A stretch of DNA of 35,152 nucleotides, taken from assembly GCA_030647845.1 (NCBI GenBank), contig JAUSIO010000004.1, forward strand, positions 1 to 35,152, given 5' to 3'. Positions 31,356-35,152 of the stretch are shown here, piece by piece. Each line of letters starts with the position of its first letter. Position 1 is the first letter of the stretch. The stretch is from a bacterium (GTDB taxonomy: Bacteria > Patescibacteriota > Minisyncoccia > Phycocordibacterales > SBAW01). The notes below the pieces were generated by a model. That model was given only the letters and a program-made list of their open reading frames with translations, did no database searches and was not told the origin of the DNA. A program made the position numbers and the translations under genes.

Positions 31356-33323
31356 ATGGCAAAAATACTTGGTATAGACTTGGGCACAACCAACTCCGCG
31401 ATAGCGGTAATGCGCGGCGGTGAAGCACAGATATTGGAAAATGCCGAAGGTGCGCGCACGATGCCCTCGGTCGTGGCGGCTAGCAAAACCGGCGAAAAGT
31501 TGGTTGGGCTTATTGCGCGCCGGCAAGGTGTTACAAACCCCAAAAATACTATCTACCAGATTAAACGCTTTATTGGACATAACTTTGACGAGCCGCTGGT
31601 GCAAAAAGACAAAGCGGCAGTGCCCTATGAGATGCGTAAGTCACAAAACGGTGGTATTGAGGTAGAGATGTCTTCGACATGGTATCGGCCGGAAGAAATT
31701 TCGGCAATGATACTTGGCAAGCTCAAAGCCGATGCCGAAAAGCGCTTAGGCGAGCCAATTACCGAGGCAGTCATAACAGTGCCGGCATACTTTAACGACG
31801 CACAGCGCGCCGCGACCCGCGATGCGGGCAAAATCGCCGGCCTCGATGTTAAGCGCATCATCAACGAGCCGACTGCGGCGGCGCTTGCCTATGGATTTGG
31901 ACAATCCCGACGCCCCGAAGGGGTCGGGACCCCGACCAAAGCGTCGGGGAAAAAAGATGAGAAAATTATTGTCTTCGATTTTGGTGGCGGCACGTTTGAC
32001 ATTTCGGTGCTCGAAGTTGGGGACGACGTGATAGAGGTCAAGTCAACTGATGGCGACGCGCACCTTGGTGGTAAAGACCTCGACCAAAAAATAATCGACT
32101 GGCTCGCGTCCGAGTATCAAAAAGAAAGCGGCATCGACGTGCGCCTTGATGCACTCGGTCGCCAACGGCTCGACGAAGCGGCGGAAAAGGCAAAAATCGA
32201 GCTTTCGACCGCGGTTGATACCGAGATAAACATCCCGTTTATCACCTCAGACAGCTCGGGGCCGCGTCACTTGCTTATCAAAATGTCGCGCGCAAAACTC
32301 GAAGAACTCTCGGCCGAGTTTATCGAACGCGCGATGGCAATTACCAAACGCGCAATGGAGGCGTCGCCGTTTAAGGTTGCCGACATCAACGAAGTTATTT
32401 TGGTTGGCGGGCAAACCCGTATGCCGGCCTTACAGGCGGCGGTGGAGAAGTACTTCAACAAAAAGCCAAACATGAGCGTGAACCCCGACGAGGTCGTGGC
32501 AATCGGCGCAGCGATACAAGGCGGTATATTGGGTGGCGAGGTGCGCGATGTACTTTTGCTCGACGTTATCCCGCTGTCTTTGGGTATCGAGACCATGGGT
32601 GGCGTCGCAACAAAGTTAATTGAGCGCAATACCACCATCCCGACCAGCCGCTCGCAAAATTTCTCAACTGCGGCTGACAACCAAACCAGCGTAGAGATAC
32701 ATATCACGCAAGGCGAGCGTGCGATGGCCTCGGACAATAAATCGCTCGGGCGCTTTGTCTTGGACGGTATCCCGCCTGCGCCGCGCGGCTTGCCACAAAT
32801 CGAAGTAACATTTGATGTCGATACAAACGGCATCCTCAAGGTCTTGGCGAAAGACAAAGCGACCAACAAAGAGCAGAGCATACGCATCGAAGCGTCGTCG
32901 GGGCTCTCGGACCAGGACATTGAGCGGATGCGCAAAGATGCCGAGGCAAACGCCGACAGCGACAAAAAGAAGGTCGAGTTGGCCGAAGTGCGCAATGTGG
33001 CTGACCAGAGGTTGTACGCCGCGCGCAAAGCGCTTGCCGATGATACTGACAAAAAAATCCCAGCAGAATTGATAACCGCAATAAACGAAAAAATTACCGC
33101 GCTTGAAACCGCAAAAAGCAAAGATGACGCGCCGACCACACGCGCCGCGGCCGAAGACCTAGGCCGTGAACTCTCAAAAGTGTACGAAGCGGTACAGAAA
33201 AGTACTTCGCCGGATTCGACAAGCTCACCGCAAGCCGAAGGTACTGGAAGTGCAGAAACTCCGCCAACAACCGAGACTCCACCAACTGGCGAACAACCTT
33301 CTCCTGATAGTGAGGTAAAATAA
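31356..33323 (+). CDS. dnaK: Molecular chaperone DnaK (Hsp70)
   Basis: [59 protein letters not shown]. Confidence 0.97.
   Translation: MAKILGIDLGTTNSAIAVMRGGEAQILENAEGARTMPSVVAASKTGEKLVGLIARRQGVTNPKNTIYQIKRFIGHNFDEPLVQKDKAAVPYEMRKSQNGGIEVEMSSTWYRPEEISAMILGKLKADAEKRLGEPITEAVITVPAYFNDAQRAATRDAGKIAGLDVKRIINEPTAAALAYGFGQSRRPEGVGTPTKASGKKDEKIIVFDFGGGTFDISVLEVGDDVIEVKSTDGDAHLGGKDLDQKIIDWLASEYQKESGIDVRLDALGRQRLDEAAEKAKIELSTAVDTEINIPFITSDSSGPRHLLIKMSRAKLEELSAEFIERAMAITKRAMEASPFKVADINEVILVGGQTRMPALQAAVEKYFNKKPNMSVNPDEVVAIGAAIQGGILGGEVRDVLLLDVIPLSLGIETMGGVATKLIERNTTIPTSRSQNFSTAADNQTSVEIHITQGERAMASDNKSLGRFVLDGIPPAPRGLPQIEVTFDVDTNGILKVLAKDKATNKEQSIRIEASSGLSDQDIERMRKDAEANADSDKKKVELAEVRNVADQRLYAARKALADDTDKKIPAELITAINEKITALETAKSKDDAPTTRAAAEDLGRELSKVYEAVQKSTSPDSTSSPQAEGTGSAETPPTTETPPTGEQPSPDSEVK
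31905..31949 (+). repeat. HP-A double-hairpin repeat in frame inside dnaK (45 nt)
   Basis: TCCCGAC-G-CCCC-gaa-GGGG-TCGGGA, then CCCCGAC-caaagc-GTCGGGG. Translated [15 protein letters not shown], between AAALAYGF and [12 protein letters not shown]. Confidence 0.9.
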
Positions 33324-33328
33324 AATCG

Positions 33329-35113
33329 ATGCAGAAACAAGAGAAAAAATCGGCCACCGCCGGTGCGGTGTTCCGTGTGTATATACAACATGTAGTCAAA
33401 TATCCTTGGCGTATTTTCTTCGTGTTTTTGGGCGCGATTATTGTACAAGCAGGGACGCTTGCTGCGCCGCTTTTTTTGCGAGAATTCTTCAACCTCCTCG
33501 CCTCGGGCACACCGAGCGCGGCGGTTGTGAACCAATTGTTTTTACTACTCGCTCTTGTGGGCGCAATGTATCTTCTCGAGTGGCTCGGCAGGCGCATACA
33601 GGAGATAAGCAATCTATATCTAGCCGCACTCGTGATGGCCGACCTCCTTGGGACCGCTTTTGGCTATCTTATTAACCACTCGTATAACTTCTTTACTTCA
33701 AACTTCGCGGGCTCGCTCACGAGCAAGGTCAGTCGGTTTGGTCGTTCGTTCGAAGCAATTTTTGATAGCATTCTGTTGCAATTTTTCCCCACGTTTTTGT
33801 TTGTCACAGGTAGTGTCGTCATCTTATTTTTACGCAACCACACGCTCGGCATAGCCCTTGGGGTATGGGTTATTGTGTTTTTGTGGTTCCAAATAACCGT
33901 GGCGCGCATACGCCAGCCGATACGCAAAGCACGCGCTGAGGCCGATACCAAAATAACCGCAACGCTTGCGGACGCAATAGGCAACCAAAATACCATCGCG
34001 CTTTTTTCCGGCGCCGAAGGCGAAAAAGTGTTATTCAAAAAAGTGATAGCTGCATGGCAAACAATAACACTCAAATTGTGGAACGCCGACAACCGCATTT
34101 GGGGTGGTATTGGTTTATTTATGATTGTTATTGAGGTCGGGCTCTTGGGCGGTGGCGTATTCTACTGGCAGAAAGGGTTGTTTACGATAGGCGACTTTGT
34201 GCTTATCCAAGCGTATTTGCTCACTACGTTTGACCGATTGGTTTCTATCAACCGCGAACTGCGGCGGTTTTACGATGCCATTGCCGATGCTGGCGAGATG
34301 GTCGCTATTTTGCAAATGCCGCACGAAATTAAGGACGCCGTGGACGCGAAACCGCTTGCTGTTGCGGATGCTAACATTAGTTTTGAAAATATTACTTTTT
34401 CTTTCAATCCGGACCAACCGATACTTGAGGATTTTTCTCTCGCAATCCCCGGCGGGCAAAAAGTTGCGTTAGTGGGTCCCTCGGGCGCGGGGAAGTCGAC
34501 GATTACAAAATTACTTTTAAGACTGTTTGACGTTAAAGGCGGCACGGTCGAGATAGACGGGCAAAATATCGCGAGTGTTACGCAAAACAGCGTGCGCGAC
34601 GCTATTGCCTTTGTGCCGCAAGAGCCGATACTCTTCCACCGCACGTTGATGGAAAACATCCGCTACGGTAGGCGGCAGGCGAGCGACGACGAGGTTTTGG
34701 ACGCCGCACGCAAAGCACACTGCGACAAGTTTATTTCTGCCTTGCCGGAAAAATATAACACCTTTGTCGGCGAGCGCGGCATCAAACTCTCAGGCGGCGA
34801 GCGCCAACGGGTGGCTATCGCACGCGCGATACTCAAAAACTCGCCCATTTTGGTCTTGGACGAGGCAACATCGTCGCTCGACTCCGAGTCGGAGGCGCTC
34901 ATACAAGACGCACTTAAAACCCTGATGGAAGGGAAGACGGTAATCGTCATAGCGCACCGGCTCTCGACGATTATGCGGATGGACCGCATTGTGGTGCTGC
35001 AAGACGGTGTCATTGTCGCCGACGGCACGCACGCAGAGCTACTCGAACATAAAGGCCTCTACCACAAACTCTGGAGCATCCAAGCTGGTGGATTTTTACT
35101 CGATGATGAGTAG
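33329..35113 (+). CDS. ABC transporter, fused permease/ATP-binding exporter (MsbA/type I exporter-like)
   Basis: Six TM helices in the N-terminal half. Walker [10 protein letters not shown], signature LSGGERQR, Walker [11 protein letters not shown]-loop IAHRL. Confidence 0.92.
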   Translation: MQKQEKKSATAGAVFRVYIQHVVKYPWRIFFVFLGAIIVQAGTLAAPLFLREFFNLLASGTPSAAVVNQLFLLLALVGAMYLLEWLGRRIQEISNLYLAALVMADLLGTAFGYLINHSYNFFTSNFAGSLTSKVSRFGRSFEAIFDSILLQFFPTFLFVTGSVVILFLRNHTLGIALGVWVIVFLWFQITVARIRQPIRKARAEADTKITATLADAIGNQNTIALFSGAEGEKVLFKKVIAAWQTITLKLWNADNRIWGGIGLFMIVIEVGLLGGGVFYWQKGLFTIGDFVLIQAYLLTTFDRLVSINRELRRFYDAIADAGEMVAILQMPHEIKDAVDAKPLAVADANISFENITFSFNPDQPILEDFSLAIPGGQKVALVGPSGAGKSTITKLLLRLFDVKGGTVEIDGQNIASVTQNSVRDAIAFVPQEPILFHRTLMENIRYGRRQASDDEVLDAARKAHCDKFISALPEKYNTFVGERGIKLSGGERQRVAIARAILKNSPILVLDEATSSLDSESEALIQDALKTLMEGKTVIVIAHRLSTIMRMDRIVVLQDGVIVADGTHAELLEHKGLYHKLWSIQAGGFLLDDE

Positions 35114-35152
35114 CCCCGACGAACAAGATTGTCGGGGTCCCGACCGAAGCGT
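35114..35152 (-). repeat. HP-A double-hairpin repeat, intergenic copy truncated by the window end
   Basis: CCCCGAC-gaacaagatt-GTCGGGG, then TCCCGAC-cgaagc-GT.... Contains the core GTCGGGGTCCCGAC. Starts right after the ABC transporter stop and may act as its terminator. Confidence 0.7.

Noticed and set aside
32267-33535. 422-aa ORF on the minus strand opposite dnaK and the ABC transporter start.
   Set aside because: It is fully antisense to an unambiguous DnaK. Its translation is low-complexity (S/A/R-rich) with no motifs. This is a typical shadow ORF.
1596-35152. Whether the recurring palindromes (HP-A, PAL-B) form a CRISPR array.
   Set aside because: The copies are kilobases apart and irregularly spaced. 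Most lie inside conserved ORFs, and there are no spacer-like unique segments and no cas genes. They are dispersed repeats, not a CRISPR array.

Overview
This is a dense, almost fully coding 35.2-kb bacterial fragment with about 40 genes, mostly on the + strand. Recognisable genes are atpC, tRNA-Ala(GGC), ychF, leuS, mltG, mnmA, ung, an M13 peptidase and alaS. These are followed by the conserved infA-rpmJ-rpsM-rpsK-rpsD-rpoA-rplQ and rplM-rpsI blocks, grpE-dnaK and an MsbA-type ABC exporter. Membrane and hypothetical proteins are interspersed. Several proteins are minimal versions: a 78-aa AtpC, a 617-aa AlaRS without a C-Ala domain, and a 113-aa L13. Together with a Sigma70_r4/HARE-HTH protein and multi-TM orphan proteins, this suggests a small-genome Patescibacteria/CPR-like host; that is an inference, not proven. 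I saw no rRNA, CRISPR array, transposase or integrase. Five things deserve a second look. (1) A ~155-aa domain carrying a Nudix box is inserted inside LeuRS. (2) Several families of short GC-rich hairpin or palindromic repeats sit in frame inside housekeeping genes. The hosts are ychF, leuS (twice), dnaK, alaS, rpsD, the M13 peptidase (twice), two hypothetical genes and possibly mnmA. This resembles Rickettsia palindromic elements. (3) CTAG-heptad repeats and a ~58-nt intergenic repeat abut start codons in and near the ribosomal-protein cluster. (4) Shine-Dalgarno sequences are nearly absent, and a -10-like TATAMW box lies 5-9 nt upstream of many start codons. In contrast, three orphan genes, each followed by a terminator hairpin, do carry SD sequences. 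One of them is a DndB/DGQHR-like ParB-fold protein with an overlapping 45-codon ORF. (5) An ATP-cone domain is fused to an Mrr-like nuclease. The supplied ORF track shows M for GTG/TTG starts, so I trimmed several N-termini to better-supported starts.
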